From a virus (taxonomy: Duplodnaviria > Caudoviricetes), in the IMG/VR virus record IMGVR_UViG_3300037067_010363, positions 4,609-68,608 of that record: a stretch of DNA of 64,000 nucleotides; one strand, given 5' to 3'. Below, piece after piece: positions 39,643-49,985 of this stretch; positions within the stretch are counted from its first letter, which is position 1; the number at the start of each line of letters is the position of its first letter. The notes beneath the pieces were generated by a model. The model ran no database searches and had not been told where the DNA came from. It saw only the letters and a program-made list of their open reading frames with translations. The position numbers and the translations under genes were made by a program.

Positions 39643-40704
39643 TTATTCGTATAAATCAGGAAATTTTGCTCTTAAATAATTTTCTGCTTCAATTAATGAT
39701 GTAACACTATTATTGTTTTCATCAAGAAATTTCTTAATTTTTGCATACTCATAATTTTGTCTATTTACATCAGTGATATTATTGTATATTCTGTCTTGCA
39801 ATGCACCTATTAACTGTCCTGATATTTGATTCTCTTGTGCTTGTTTTTGTACATTTAAATTAAATGTTTGAGCATCTGCTTGACTTTGCATATTTCTATA
39901 TTGATCAAATCTTTGAGCATCACTTGAAATTCTTTGTAATTCATTAGATGCTATTTGAGCAGTTCCTTTATTTATTGCTTCATTACTCTGTGCTAATACA
40001 CCTCCTACTGCATCTGTTAATCCTTGTGATTCTATAAATCTCATCATTTTCGCTTCTCCTGATGATATATCTCTATTTAACTCTGCCTTCATCATATCTC
40101 TTGAAGAAGGTGTAGGTGTAAATGATAATGTTGGTCCTTTATATGGCACTGATGTTCCTCTACTTAATTCTCTTATAAGATTATAAATATCACTTCCTAA
40201 TCTTCCTGTTTCTACTGATAACTGTGTGTTTTTAATATTTTCAAGTTGTGTATTTAATGTAGGTTCCTCTTTTAATTCTGCATCTGCACTATCAAAAATT
40301 TTTCTAGATATATCACTTTCTGAATTAGAATTACCATCTTTCTTTTCATCTATAAATTTATTCTCCTTACTTCCTTGCTCTTCTCTATATTCTTGCTCTG
40401 TATTTTTGCTATTCTCTACTATTGAATTAGTATTTATATTATTAACTAACTTTGGTGGTGCTTCATTTATACCAATATTTGCATTTGGATTAAATATTGA
40501 ATTGGTTTGCATACTTTTTAAAGGAGTATCACTTGGAGGAAAATATTTATTATATAATTCTTTTGTTAATACTTTATCGCCAACTTTTGCTTGATTAAGT
40601 ATTTCATCTATTCTTTTATAATCATTAGAATAAACATTTTTTAATCTTTCATATAATGCATTATATTCTTCCTGTGTTAATATTGATTCATTTGGTGTTG
40701 GCAT
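39643..40704 (-). CDS. Putative ejection/cargo protein (353 aa)
   Basis: Helical Q/N/A-rich C-half typical of ejection proteins. Confidence 0.55.
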   Translation of the reverse strand: MPTPNESILTQEEYNALYERLKNVYSNDYKRIDEILNQAKVGDKVLTKELYNKYFPPSDTPLKSMQTNSIFNPNANIGINEAPPKLVNNINTNSIVENSKNTEQEYREEQGSKENKFIDEKKDGNSNSESDISRKIFDSADAELKEEPTLNTQLENIKNTQLSVETGRLGSDIYNLIRELSRGTSVPYKGPTLSFTPTPSSRDMMKAELNRDISSGEAKMMRFIESQGLTDAVGGVLAQSNEAINKGTAQIASNELQRISSDAQRFDQYRNMQSQADAQTFNLNVQKQAQENQISGQLIGALQDRIYNNITDVNRQNYEYAKIKKFLDENNNSVTSLIEAENYLRAKFPDLYE

Positions 40705-40719
40705 ATCTTTATATTTTAT

Positions 40720-41181
40720 TTATTTTAATACTATTCTATTATTGTTTTTATATATAACAGATTCATTACCTTCTAATTTTACAGTTGCAGGTTTTTTTAA
40801 TACAGTTTTAAAATCATTTTGTGATGTTAATGAAGATGTTAATGAATTAGCTACTTGTAATCCTTCTGTTCCTAATGTTGTTACAGTATTCATTGTATTA
40901 GCTAATGAATTATTCCCATCAGTTATAGATTTTTTAAAACTATAGTCTTTTTCTACATCACCTAATCTATATCCTGCATAAGGATCACCTTTTGTCATTG
41001 ATAATGTAAATTTGTTTTTAGGTTTATCATCTCTTATAAATACACCAATAGTATTTCCAACAGTTTGTCCTATTTGTGATCCTATTGCTGCACCTGGCAA
41101 TCCACCAAATACAGCTCCAACTCCTGCTCCTATAGATGTTGCACCTAATGTTATTCCTGCTTCTATATTTTGACTAGACAT
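40720..41181 (-). CDS. Putative pilot/ejection protein with Gly/Ala-rich hydrophobic helices
   Basis: GITLGATSIGAGVGAVFGGLPGAAIGSQIG. Confidence 0.6.
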   Translation of the reverse strand: MSSQNIEAGITLGATSIGAGVGAVFGGLPGAAIGSQIGQTVGNTIGVFIRDDKPKNKFTLSMTKGDPYAGYRLGDVEKDYSFKKSITDGNNSLANTMNTVTTLGTEGLQVANSLTSSLTSQNDFKTVLKKPATVKLEGNESVIYKNNNRIVLK

Positions 41182-41183
41182 AA

Positions 41184-44100
41184 TTAAAAATTACTTATTT
41201 CAAAATTAGTAATAATATTTTTAATAAACACTTCATCCGTTCCTAAATAATTAATATTTATTTTCAACCATTCTCCTCTCATTTTACTTTCTTCCATAAA
41301 TTCATATCCTTCTATATAAAATTCATTATCAGGATTAGTTTGTGCTTGAATAGGGAATTTCCATTTTCCTTCATTGTATTCCGGAGCCAACCAAAATCTA
41401 ATATCATTAACATCAAAGTTATCATGTAATCCTTCTTGTTTTAATGTATAATATCTTATTTCAGAAAATCCTGTTTCAGATGCTTCTATTTCTAATGAAT
41501 CAAATCTCTTTGAATACATAGATAATGATGGTCCTCCATTTACTATTACAGAAATATCAAAATTTCCTAATATATTATAAAATGTTTGTCTTTCTCCTAC
41601 ATCATGTAAATAAAACATATTAGAATTATAATAATTACCTACATAATAAAGGGAATATAAGTCATTATTAATATTACCATATAAAGGGGTATAAAATGAA
41701 TATTTTGTTGTAAATGAATCTATTAATTCATTAAATGCTAATGTTTCATTATAATCTTCATACATAATGCTAAATAGTACTTCATTATATTTTCTATCAT
41801 ATCCTAATGATAATCCTTTATTTCTATAAGGAGTATCTTGTATTTTTTGAGTTATATCTGTTAGTTCTTTAATGCTTTCTAAAATAGCATATACTTCAGT
41901 AGATAACATATTTTTCAATGTTTCATCCTGTTGCCTCATATTTAAACTGATTCTTACTATTGCTCGTCTATTCCAATCTAATGAATATAATCCATTTAGA
42001 CCCTTTACAATACCTCTTTGATGTTGGCAACCATATTCTGACAAAGAACTTACTTGTTGTTCTAATCCAGTTGATGTTCCAACTTTTAATTCATATTCAT
42101 TAGTAGGTATTTGTAATTGTCTTTGATCTGTATAATGAAGATTTATTTGTCTTTCTTGATATGATATTAATTTGCCAGATAAATTATCTATTTTTACAAT
42201 ATCTCCAAATATTTTATTATAATCTTTATATTGCATTATATCAATTTTTCTGAAAGAATCAACAAAAGCAGTTGATACATCTACATCAGAATATCTTATT
42301 CTTGTATTATAATGTATTTCGTGATAATCAATATCTTTATTATAAGCAGAATATTGTTTAAATGTAGATGTAATACTATTACCGAAATTTACTAACAAAC
42401 TTTCTGTTTTATCAGCAGTATCAGGATTATAAACAGCAAATGATTTTAAACCATCTTCTTTACATTTAGGAAAAAATGTTCTATCTTTTTGAGAATATCT
42501 AAATGATGTATTAATAGCATTTTCTGATATTATTTCTATTACTAATCCATGTCCATCACAAATTAATGGTTGATCATCATTACTTTCTCTACAATCTTTC
42601 TCTGCACCATTAATAATTGTCAATTCATTTCTTGTTGCTTTTAAGAATGTCTTTCCTCTAAATGACATTTGTTTAATATATGTAGATTGAAGATAACAAT
42701 CACCTTTAAAAATAAGCTTGGTTGATGTATTTTCAAAAGCTGTAGTAGAAGATGGTATGTAATTAATTAATTCTGATATTTTATAATATTTTGTATTTTT
42801 CAAATCAAAATAATTAACTAATTGTGATGAAGATATAGTTGCAGGATTAATCTTATATAAACTGCATAAAGATAAATTTATTCCTTCTTTATGTTCATTT
42901 AATGTCAATCCAATATATTTACTTGTACTCATACTTCTATTAGATGCTCCTTCTAATCTATCTTCTGAAAGAGTAGAATTTACTTTAAACCAATACCACA
43001 TACAAGAACTTGTACTTGAAGGATCATTAGTATTTATATCATCATATCCTAAATCTGTATATTCTGATACAAACCCATCTAATGCTTTCTCAGGTAAAGA
43101 ATATTTTTCTATTATAGAATATTTTATATTATCAATATATTCATGTTCTTTAGCATTAAATTTATGTATATCTGATTTATACCACATAGGATATACATCA
43201 TAACCATATTTATCTAAATCTGTTTCTAAATCTATTGGATTAATCCAATCATCATTATCTTTTGCAGGATTATAATTTTCTATATAATCTAAATGATAAT
43301 GACTGCTTAAATAATTATTATCAGGACAGAATGACATAGGATCAAATATATTGTCTGTAGAAAATAAACCATATTTTTTTTCTACATAAAAACATCTTGA
43401 CATATAATTCCTATTTACTTTTCTTCCGTCATCAGCTTTTAAATGCACCATTGTATTAGGTAAATATCCTTTATAAATAGGCATTACTAATTCATCATCA
43501 TTATATATTATTTCATTATATAATGTTCCATTAACTATATCTTTTTTACCACCTGGTTGTAGATTTTCTAATTTCCCTCTACATGCTCCAAAATATGAAC
43601 TTTCAGCCTGATCTTCTGTAAACTTACATCTCGCTTGACCATACCATCCAGAATATATAGAATCATCCCAATATATTTTAGTAAATTCACTCACAGATGT
43701 GTTAGTATCAGTAGAATCTAATGTATCTTCTGTATCAGTATTTAAATCATATAAAAATTCCGATTGGCCATATTGTAATATTCCAAATGTTTTTGGTTCA
43801 TCGCCAACATCTTTAGCAGGAAAATAAAAATCATCAGAAAAATAATATGAACTTTCAGGCTTACATATAAATAAATTTTTACATTCTTCATATTGTTCCA
43901 TAATACCATCATAATGTATTGTTGAATCATCAGTATTATCTAAAAATCTATATCCTCTACAACCATACATTAATAATCCTTGATATGTCATATTCTTAAA
44001 TCTATCACCTCTTACATAATAATAGCCTATAATATTTTCATCAAAGAACTTTTTTACATCTACATTACTTAAAACATAATTATTAGCTATTGTATTATTA

Positions 44101-45644
44101 AATTTTAATGATAAAATATTTAACTTTTTATTTTTTGTATAATTTGTATCATATAATTTCTCTTTATATATAGAAGGGAATCTTATTATACCTTCTTCTA
44201 CTTCTGTATTTGTATTATAATAATCATATCCTGATGTTTGATATACTTCTGAATGTAATCCACCTTTAAATACATACACTATTCCTACAGGATATATCTC
44301 AGACCTAAAATAACCTACCTTATTTAACATTGAATCAACACTCCTATAACCATTCAATGTAGTTAATTTAGTTGATACATCATAGTTAGGAATGATTAAT
44401 TTAGCATATTCTATAAGATAATCATTATATGTATTTATTTTGTAAAAATTTGCACCAAAATATTTCCTATTTAAAATAGTATGAGTTTTCCATGTTAATT
44501 CTTTATTTTCAGAATTTATTATTTCTGTATCTGAAATATTTAACATAGTTTCATGACCAGTTATTATAATATCTAATGTATCATCTTCTATTTTAAATAG
44601 TTTATCTACTAATTTACTTTCATGTAAAACTACAGTACTTTCTCCACTATAATATCTTACAATAGCAAATTCAATAAACTTATATCTTCTATCTATATTA
44701 TATAATGTAAAATGAATTCTTTTATCACTATTATTTGATATTGTTGTTCCCAACTGTATTACTTCTTCTCCATGTATTCCCTCTATAGATGTTATGTCTC
44801 CTTCATCACCATTATAAATAGGTATTGGACCTATTTCAGTTATAAATGATGTTCTATTAAAATTATCATTAATATATCTACAAAATAGAAATATATTACC
44901 ACCTTTTAAACTACCACCTTTTTCTAATCTAATATTAGATATTCCATTATCATATATTGTAGGAATATTATTTACTAAAGGAATATGACTAACTATATTA
45001 GGAAAATATTCTTTATCATAATATTTTTCTGTTAATTGTCCTTTCTGATTAAATCCGCTATTTACAACTGAATTATACGTTAATTTACCATTAAGTTCAA
45101 ATCCTGTTATATAAAGATTTACAGAATTATCATATTCTTCATAAGTTAATAATTCGGGAGGATAATTAATGTTTAATGTATATCTATCTGTACCTACTCT
45201 GAATACTTCTCTTGTTGGTGTTATTAATGTTATATCATCATAATAATTTACAAAAGGTTTATATTTCTGTTCAAATCCTTGTATTGATGTATTAATAGAT
45301 AATGATACATCATCTTCAGGAATTTCACCATATGTTACTGTTATACATGCAGGAGAAGGGAATGAACCAAATTCCACTTTTCTTAATTGTTCTGATAATG
45401 ATATTATATACAAAACACCATTATATTCTTTACATGCTATTGCAACGAAACTTTCTGATAATGTTATTCCAATATTTTTATCAGGTTCATAAGCATTACC
45501 AACAACATTAGTAATAATTAATCCTTGACCTTCTTTATTCATTATTCGGGCATTTAATGTAGGGAAATCCCACATATCATTTCCTCTTTTAGAGTAATCT
45601 AAATCAGTAACAATACCTTTATGAAAAACATTTATATTCTGCAT
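41184..45644 (-). CDS. Muzzle / tail stabilisation protein (1486 aa)
   Basis: NVFHKGIVTDLD...LNAR start, FRSEIYPVGIVYVF, YNTRIRYSD and beta-propeller-like C-terminus typical of crAss muzzle proteins. Confidence 0.75.
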   Translation of the reverse strand: MQNINVFHKGIVTDLDYSKRGNDMWDFPTLNARIMNKEGQGLIITNVVGNAYEPDKNIGITLSESFVAIACKEYNGVLYIISLSEQLRKVEFGSFPSPACITVTYGEIPEDDVSLSINTSIQGFEQKYKPFVNYYDDITLITPTREVFRVGTDRYTLNINYPPELLTYEEYDNSVNLYITGFELNGKLTYNSVVNSGFNQKGQLTEKYYDKEYFPNIVSHIPLVNNIPTIYDNGISNIRLEKGGSLKGGNIFLFCRYINDNFNRTSFITEIGPIPIYNGDEGDITSIEGIHGEEVIQLGTTISNNSDKRIHFTLYNIDRRYKFIEFAIVRYYSGESTVVLHESKLVDKLFKIEDDTLDIIITGHETMLNISDTEIINSENKELTWKTHTILNRKYFGANFYKINTYNDYLIEYAKLIIPNYDVSTKLTTLNGYRSVDSMLNKVGYFRSEIYPVGIVYVFKGGLHSEVYQTSGYDYYNTNTEVEEGIIRFPSIYKEKLYDTNYTKNKKLNILSLKFNNTIANNYVLSNVDVKKFFDENIIGYYYVRGDRFKNMTYQGLLMYGCRGYRFLDNTDDSTIHYDGIMEQYEECKNLFICKPESSYYFSDDFYFPAKDVGDEPKTFGILQYGQSEFLYDLNTDTEDTLDSTDTNTSVSEFTKIYWDDSIYSGWYGQARCKFTEDQAESSYFGACRGKLENLQPGGKKDIVNGTLYNEIIYNDDELVMPIYKGYLPNTMVHLKADDGRKVNRNYMSRCFYVEKKYGLFSTDNIFDPMSFCPDNNYLSSHYHLDYIENYNPAKDNDDWINPIDLETDLDKYGYDVYPMWYKSDIHKFNAKEHEYIDNIKYSIIEKYSLPEKALDGFVSEYTDLGYDDINTNDPSSTSSCMWYWFKVNSTLSEDRLEGASNRSMSTSKYIGLTLNEHKEGINLSLCSLYKINPATISSSQLVNYFDLKNTKYYKISELINYIPSSTTAFENTSTKLIFKGDCYLQSTYIKQMSFRGKTFLKATRNELTIINGAEKDCRESNDDQPLICDGHGLVIEIISENAINTSFRYSQKDRTFFPKCKEDGLKSFAVYNPDTADKTESLLVNFGNSITSTFKQYSAYNKDIDYHEIHYNTRIRYSDVDVSTAFVDSFRKIDIMQYKDYNKIFGDIVKIDNLSGKLISYQERQINLHYTDQRQLQIPTNEYELKVGTSTGLEQQVSSLSEYGCQHQRGIVKGLNGLYSLDWNRRAIVRISLNMRQQDETLKNMLSTEVYAILESIKELTDITQKIQDTPYRNKGLSLGYDRKYNEVLFSIMYEDYNETLAFNELIDSFTTKYSFYTPLYGNINNDLYSLYYVGNYYNSNMFYLHDVGERQTFYNILGNFDISVIVNGGPSLSMYSKRFDSLEIEASETGFSEIRYYTLKQEGLHDNFDVNDIRFWLAPEYNEGKWKFPIQAQTNPDNEFYIEGYEFMEESKMRGEWLKININYLGTDEVFIKNIITNFEISNF

Positions 45645-46285
45645 TATCTTATTTCATTTAAATGATATAAAGGAATTTTATTCATATTAGGTATCATATT
45701 TAATACTACATTCATAAATCTTCTCATATCATCATTAGATTCATGCCTAACACCATTATTAGCTGCTTCGCATTGTATTGTTTTCTGTTGATCTAAATAT
45801 TGCCATTGTTGACCATTAATCTTTCCGGTTAAATAATCTTCAAAATATAATTTACAAGCACAATATGCTTCACAAGCTAATTCATGTCCTTTCATTATCA
45901 AAGGATACCCTGTTTTACTATCTACAGCAATACCATAATAATTTATATATACTACATTTTGACCTAATTCATCTGTTTCAAAGACAGCATCGGATGAAAA
46001 TATAATATGACTTCCATCATTATAATAATTAGTAATTCTATTATCATTACTATCATAAACATCTAATAATCTATATACATTACATGGTAATAATGCTTTA
46101 TAATTATTTACAATTAATTTAATCCTATTATAATCATACATAGAAATAGGATTACCTATTACTTCTATAACACATTCAGAACACCATTGTACGATTTCAT
46201 CTATATTAAATGATTTATTTTTATGCATCATAGATAATCTCGCCATAATGTTTTCTGCTGTTACATATTTATTATTTATTCCCAT
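45644..46285 (-). CDS. Tail ring (tubular) protein
   Basis: YVTAENIMARL...IVQWCSEC...YKALLPCNVYRLLDV...INYYGI; directly upstream of the muzzle. Confidence 0.7.
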   Translation of the reverse strand: MGINNKYVTAENIMARLSMMHKNKSFNIDEIVQWCSECVIEVIGNPISMYDYNRIKLIVNNYKALLPCNVYRLLDVYDSNDNRITNYYNDGSHIIFSSDAVFETDELGQNVVYINYYGIAVDSKTGYPLIMKGHELACEAYCACKLYFEDYLTGKINGQQWQYLDQQKTIQCEAANNGVRHESNDDMRRFMNVVLNMIPNMNKIPLYHLNEIR

Positions 46286-46776
46286 GTCATCCCTATTTTT
46301 TTCAATCCTTTAATAATATTAATAAAATCTTTATTAAACAATGTACTTATATATGATAATCTTCTTGCTTCAATATCTTTATATTTCATTCTTACAAAAA
46401 TAGTATATATCCTCCCATAAAACATATGAAATCTCTTTATGAAATATATAGGATTTTTCATTAATTTTATTTTTAAATACATAGGAGGATTTGAACATAT
46501 TTTTACTTCTTCTTTATTTAATAAAATTTCTTCTCTTATCTTTAAAAAATATAATTCCAATACTTTTTTTGCTAATGCTCTTGTTTCTTCAGGTTTATTC
46601 TTTAAGCCTCGTTTCCTTGCTATTGTTTTCCAACTTATACTTTTGGATAACTCTTTATATGTTTTTTTCCCTGTTAATTCATCATCGCTTATTAAATCAA
46701 ATATCTTCTTAGAACAACTACTTTCTGTAAAAAGCTTTTGTTCTTTGGTTTTGTATGGTTTTAAGCAAATCTTCAT
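46276..46776 (-). CDS. Basic protein, possibly crAss IHF-like
   Basis: K/R-rich; KKVLELYFLKIREEILLNKEEVKI; position matches crAss IHF-like genes. The start is uncertain because of a 59-nt overlap. Confidence 0.45.
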   Translation of the reverse strand: MKICLKPYKTKEQKLFTESSCSKKIFDLISDDELTGKKTYKELSKSISWKTIARKRGLKNKPEETRALAKKVLELYFLKIREEILLNKEEVKICSNPPMYLKIKLMKNPIYFIKRFHMFYGRIYTIFVRMKYKDIEARRLSYISTLFNKDFINIIKGLKKIGMTWE

Positions 46777-47152
46777 ACTCTCTACTTATTTCCTCTTTAT
46801 ATGTATTATTTATTGTTCTACCTAAAAATTCTTTATTTAGTATATCGGTATTTTTTATATCTTCCCAACTTTCTTTTCTATGTTCATAATATTTCTTATC
46901 TAAAATAGAATCTTCCGGTATATAACCACTATATTCACAGCAAACACCTTTTGGTATAAGATATTCTTCATCTTCAATAATAACTTTATAATGTAAAAGA
47001 TTTTTACCTATTAATGATGAATCAAAATTTGTGTCAGTAATAACTTTCTTTTCTGTAGATACATAATCATATTGTGATTGTATATGAAATAATTTTATAG
47101 TTCCATTACTTCCTTCAATCATTTCTGTACTTTGCATCGTTATTGTGGACAT
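46718..47152 (-). CDS. Hypothetical protein
   Basis: 144-aa ORF in the late operon. Confidence 0.6.
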   Translation of the reverse strand: MSTITMQSTEMIEGSNGTIKLFHIQSQYDYVSTEKKVITDTNFDSSLIGKNLLHYKVIIEDEEYLIPKGVCCEYSGYIPEDSILDKKYYEHRKESWEDIKNTDILNKEFLGRTINNTYKEEISREYEDLLKTIQNQRTKAFYRK

Positions 47153-47158
47153 TATTGT

Positions 47159-47797
47159 CTATTTTATTGTTTCTAACCCATCTCTTGAATCATTCAATTC
47201 ATCTTTTGGAATCTTTGGATATGTAGTTAAAATATCTTGTTTTACTAATAATTCTAATTTATAAACATCGGGACTAGGATATTGATTTTCATCATCCCAA
47301 TTACAAGCAGTTGTTGGATCATTTAATATACCTACTAAACACAAATATTTTATTCCTGTTGTTGGTAAATTCTTGTAATATATTTTATCATTTAATACAG
47401 TATAAATAGGTCGTGTAGCATAAGATAAAGCATTCCCTATTTCAAATCCTGTATATGAAACCCTTCTAAATGATGTTGACATATCAGATAACCCTAAATA
47501 TGAAATATTCTTATTACCTATTTTTGTATTTAATCTAGGTATTTCGGAATAAAATATTACATCTCCTGATGGTATTCCTTCGCATTCTGTTCTTTCACAA
47601 AGTACCTCAATACAACATAATTTTTGCATATATGATTCTAAACTTTTTCCTTGTTTAAAATCTTCATCTATTAATTTAGCATTAATATCATTTATTTTCT
47701 TTACAATCCATTCTAAAGGTATTTCATTATCATCTGTTATATGATACCCCTTTATAGATTCTAAAATCGAATATGCTATTTCTTTTAATGTTGCCAT
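47159..47797 (-). CDS. Tail ring protein
   Basis: MATLKEIAYSIL...TDDNEI...WI...I; C-terminal YPSP..YKLELLV...I.K.ELNDS pattern of crAss ring proteins. Confidence 0.7.
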   Translation of the reverse strand: MATLKEIAYSILESIKGYHITDDNEIPLEWIVKKINDINAKLIDEDFKQGKSLESYMQKLCCIEVLCERTECEGIPSGDVIFYSEIPRLNTKIGNKNISYLGLSDMSTSFRRVSYTGFEIGNALSYATRPIYTVLNDKIYYKNLPTTGIKYLCLVGILNDPTTACNWDDENQYPSPDVYKLELLVKQDILTTYPKIPKDELNDSRDGLETIK

Positions 47798-49440
47798 TAA
47801 TTAGATACTTTATTAATAGTTAATATTATTGAAGGACATAATGGTCTATCAGGTCCAATTTGTGCAGCTGTTGATTCTAAACTCAGACTTGTATCATCTG
47901 ACCAACATTGTAATTGTATTGTTTGTCCTGCTGTTAATACTTCTACATATGTAACTGTTATAACTCTTTGTTGGTTAGTTCCAACAAATTTAGTTATAGT
48001 ATTAGATGCAGTTACAGCAGAACCATTAATTAATAACCATATATCTAATAATTTGTTTGGTGCGGATGATTGTGCTATTACACTATACGTTATAAGATAT
48101 GCTCCTGCATCTGTTACTACAAATGTTGAATCAGTTGCTTTTGTAATACCTGATGAATAAAATTGGTTATTACATGTAATAGGAAATGTTTTAGACGCAT
48201 TATTTATTGCTTGATCTATATCAGAATACCATGAACCATACGGAAAAGGTATATTTGAATTAGTTGTAGCATTTAATGAACCAGTAAAATAATTAGCTGT
48301 TGTTGATGTATTTCCTATAGTTACTGTATTTGTTCCATGTCCTGTTACTCCATCACCTCCTATAACAACTTCATTTTCTGTTGAATCTGCTCCTGCTCTT
48401 GAACCTTTGCCTATATACACACAATTAGTTGCATGAGATAATAAATCAGTTCCTGTTTCTAATTCTCCTGCCTGAGAACCTATTGCAATATTTCCACCAC
48501 CATTTATATTATTTATTAATGATTGATAACCTAATGTAGTATTATAATTTCCTTCTTCTGCATAATGCATTGCATACCATCCTATTCCAACATTTTTAAC
48601 TCCTGTAGTTATACTATCTCCTGAATGAATACCAACAAAAATATTTTGTCCATTAAAATAATTAATAGGCATATATCCTATTAATGAATCATGTATTCTT
48701 TCTTTAATAGTATCTTCTACTACCGAAGATAAGTAATAGTCCGCAAGAGTGTCATTGATTTTAGTTGCTAAGTAATAATCTGTTAATGTATCATTTATTT
48801 CTATTTTTGTATAATAACTACCTAATGCATCAATAACATAATCATCATCAATTAAAGAATCTCCATAAACATATATAACATTCTCGCTGGATATTAATAT
48901 TGTATCTATTGATACTTTATTTGCTCCTAATACATCTATAGTTAAACTATCCATAAATCCATTATCTACAACTATATTTTCTCTTACTAAATATGTTGTA
49001 TCTGAACTATGAGTAATATAATTATTAATTGAATCTAATATAGTATTATCTACATATTCATTATCTACTAATGTATCTCCTAATACTTTTATTACATTAA
49101 TAGAATTTATATTTATAGTATCAGTATTTATCTTATTACTTATAATAACATTTATATCTGCACTATCCGCTTCTATTTTTTTGTCTGTAACTATTTTTGT
49201 TCCAACAATAGTCCAATAAGAACTATCTTGTATTGTTGTATCTAGAAATCCTCTTAGATATGCAGGATTAATTAATGTGTCTGAACATATCTTTGTAACA
49301 GTATCATTACCTAATACAAATTTCCCTGTTCCTGTAACAGTTAAATTATTTGTAAATCTATTTGTACCAGGATAGTATTTCACTTGACCATAGGATAACA
49401 TAGATATAAACAATAACAATATGAATATTAATTTTTTCAT
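47797..49440 (-). CDS. Signal-peptide-bearing fibre/adhesin-like protein (YadA-head-like repeats, C1q/BclA-like C-terminus)
   Basis: MKKLIFILLLFISMLSYG|Q signal; NVGIG/NTTLG/NIAIG/VYIG/VVIG/VTIG repeats; GAYLITYSV...IWLLING...LTAGQTIQLQ jelly-roll-like end; 18 D-(S/T)-(A/L/V/I/T) motifs. Confidence 0.7.
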   Translation of the reverse strand: MKKLIFILLLFISMLSYGQVKYYPGTNRFTNNLTVTGTGKFVLGNDTVTKICSDTLINPAYLRGFLDTTIQDSSYWTIVGTKIVTDKKIEADSADINVIISNKINTDTININSINVIKVLGDTLVDNEYVDNTILDSINNYITHSSDTTYLVRENIVVDNGFMDSLTIDVLGANKVSIDTILISSENVIYVYGDSLIDDDYVIDALGSYYTKIEINDTLTDYYLATKINDTLADYYLSSVVEDTIKERIHDSLIGYMPINYFNGQNIFVGIHSGDSITTGVKNVGIGWYAMHYAEEGNYNTTLGYQSLINNINGGGNIAIGSQAGELETGTDLLSHATNCVYIGKGSRAGADSTENEVVIGGDGVTGHGTNTVTIGNTSTTANYFTGSLNATTNSNIPFPYGSWYSDIDQAINNASKTFPITCNNQFYSSGITKATDSTFVVTDAGAYLITYSVIAQSSAPNKLLDIWLLINGSAVTASNTITKFVGTNQQRVITVTYVEVLTAGQTIQLQCWSDDTSLSLESTAAQIGPDRPLCPSIILTINKVSN

Positions 49441-49922
49441 AAACTTAAATTTTTAATGTCAATAATTTCAAAACTACAAGACTTTGTATCATCTGATAAT
49501 GTAATAGATAATTTTATTTTTCCTGAATTATATAAAGCAGAAAAAGAAATTGCATCATAATCAACATCTTCTTCTGTTCCAAACAAAGTTCTAACTAATT
49601 CACTAACAACAACAGTTGATGTATCTGTTTTTACAACTTCTATCTCTCCTGTAGCTATACCATCACCTCTTTCAAGATAATATCTTAAATATACCATTTT
49701 AGAAGGTATTGTTGTTAATACCATTAATGATGTAGTATCTCCTAATGAAATATCTAATGTCTTAGTATAACTCTCTAATACGTGCTTATTAAGATTATTA
49801 TCTATCTTAGTTAAAGCATTATTATTTGATGAATCAAATCCTACAAAAAAAGAATTATCACATATCTGTCCTTTTCTAAATTTTGTAAAATCTACCGTTG
49901 CAAAATGTAATAAATTACTCAT
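49437..49922 (-). CDS. Hypothetical beta-rich structural protein
   Basis: 161-aa ORF coupled to the fibre gene by an ATGA overlap. Confidence 0.6.
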   Translation of the reverse strand: MSNLLHFATVDFTKFRKGQICDNSFFVGFDSSNNNALTKIDNNLNKHVLESYTKTLDISLGDTTSLMVLTTIPSKMVYLRYYLERGDGIATGEIEVVKTDTSTVVVSELVRTLFGTEEDVDYDAISFSALYNSGKIKLSITLSDDTKSCSFEIIDIKNLSL

Positions 49923-49943
49923 GATTTTTAATTTTAAAGTATT

Positions 49944-49969
49944 AAGGGAGAAATATTACTCTCTCCCTT
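49944..49969 (-). terminator. Hairpin downstream of the capsid-associated genes (possible terminator)
   Basis: AAGGGAGA-10 nt-TCTCCCTT in the 49923-49985 gap; weak U-tract. Confidence 0.5.
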
Positions 49970-49985
49970 TCTACTCTTTTTTATA

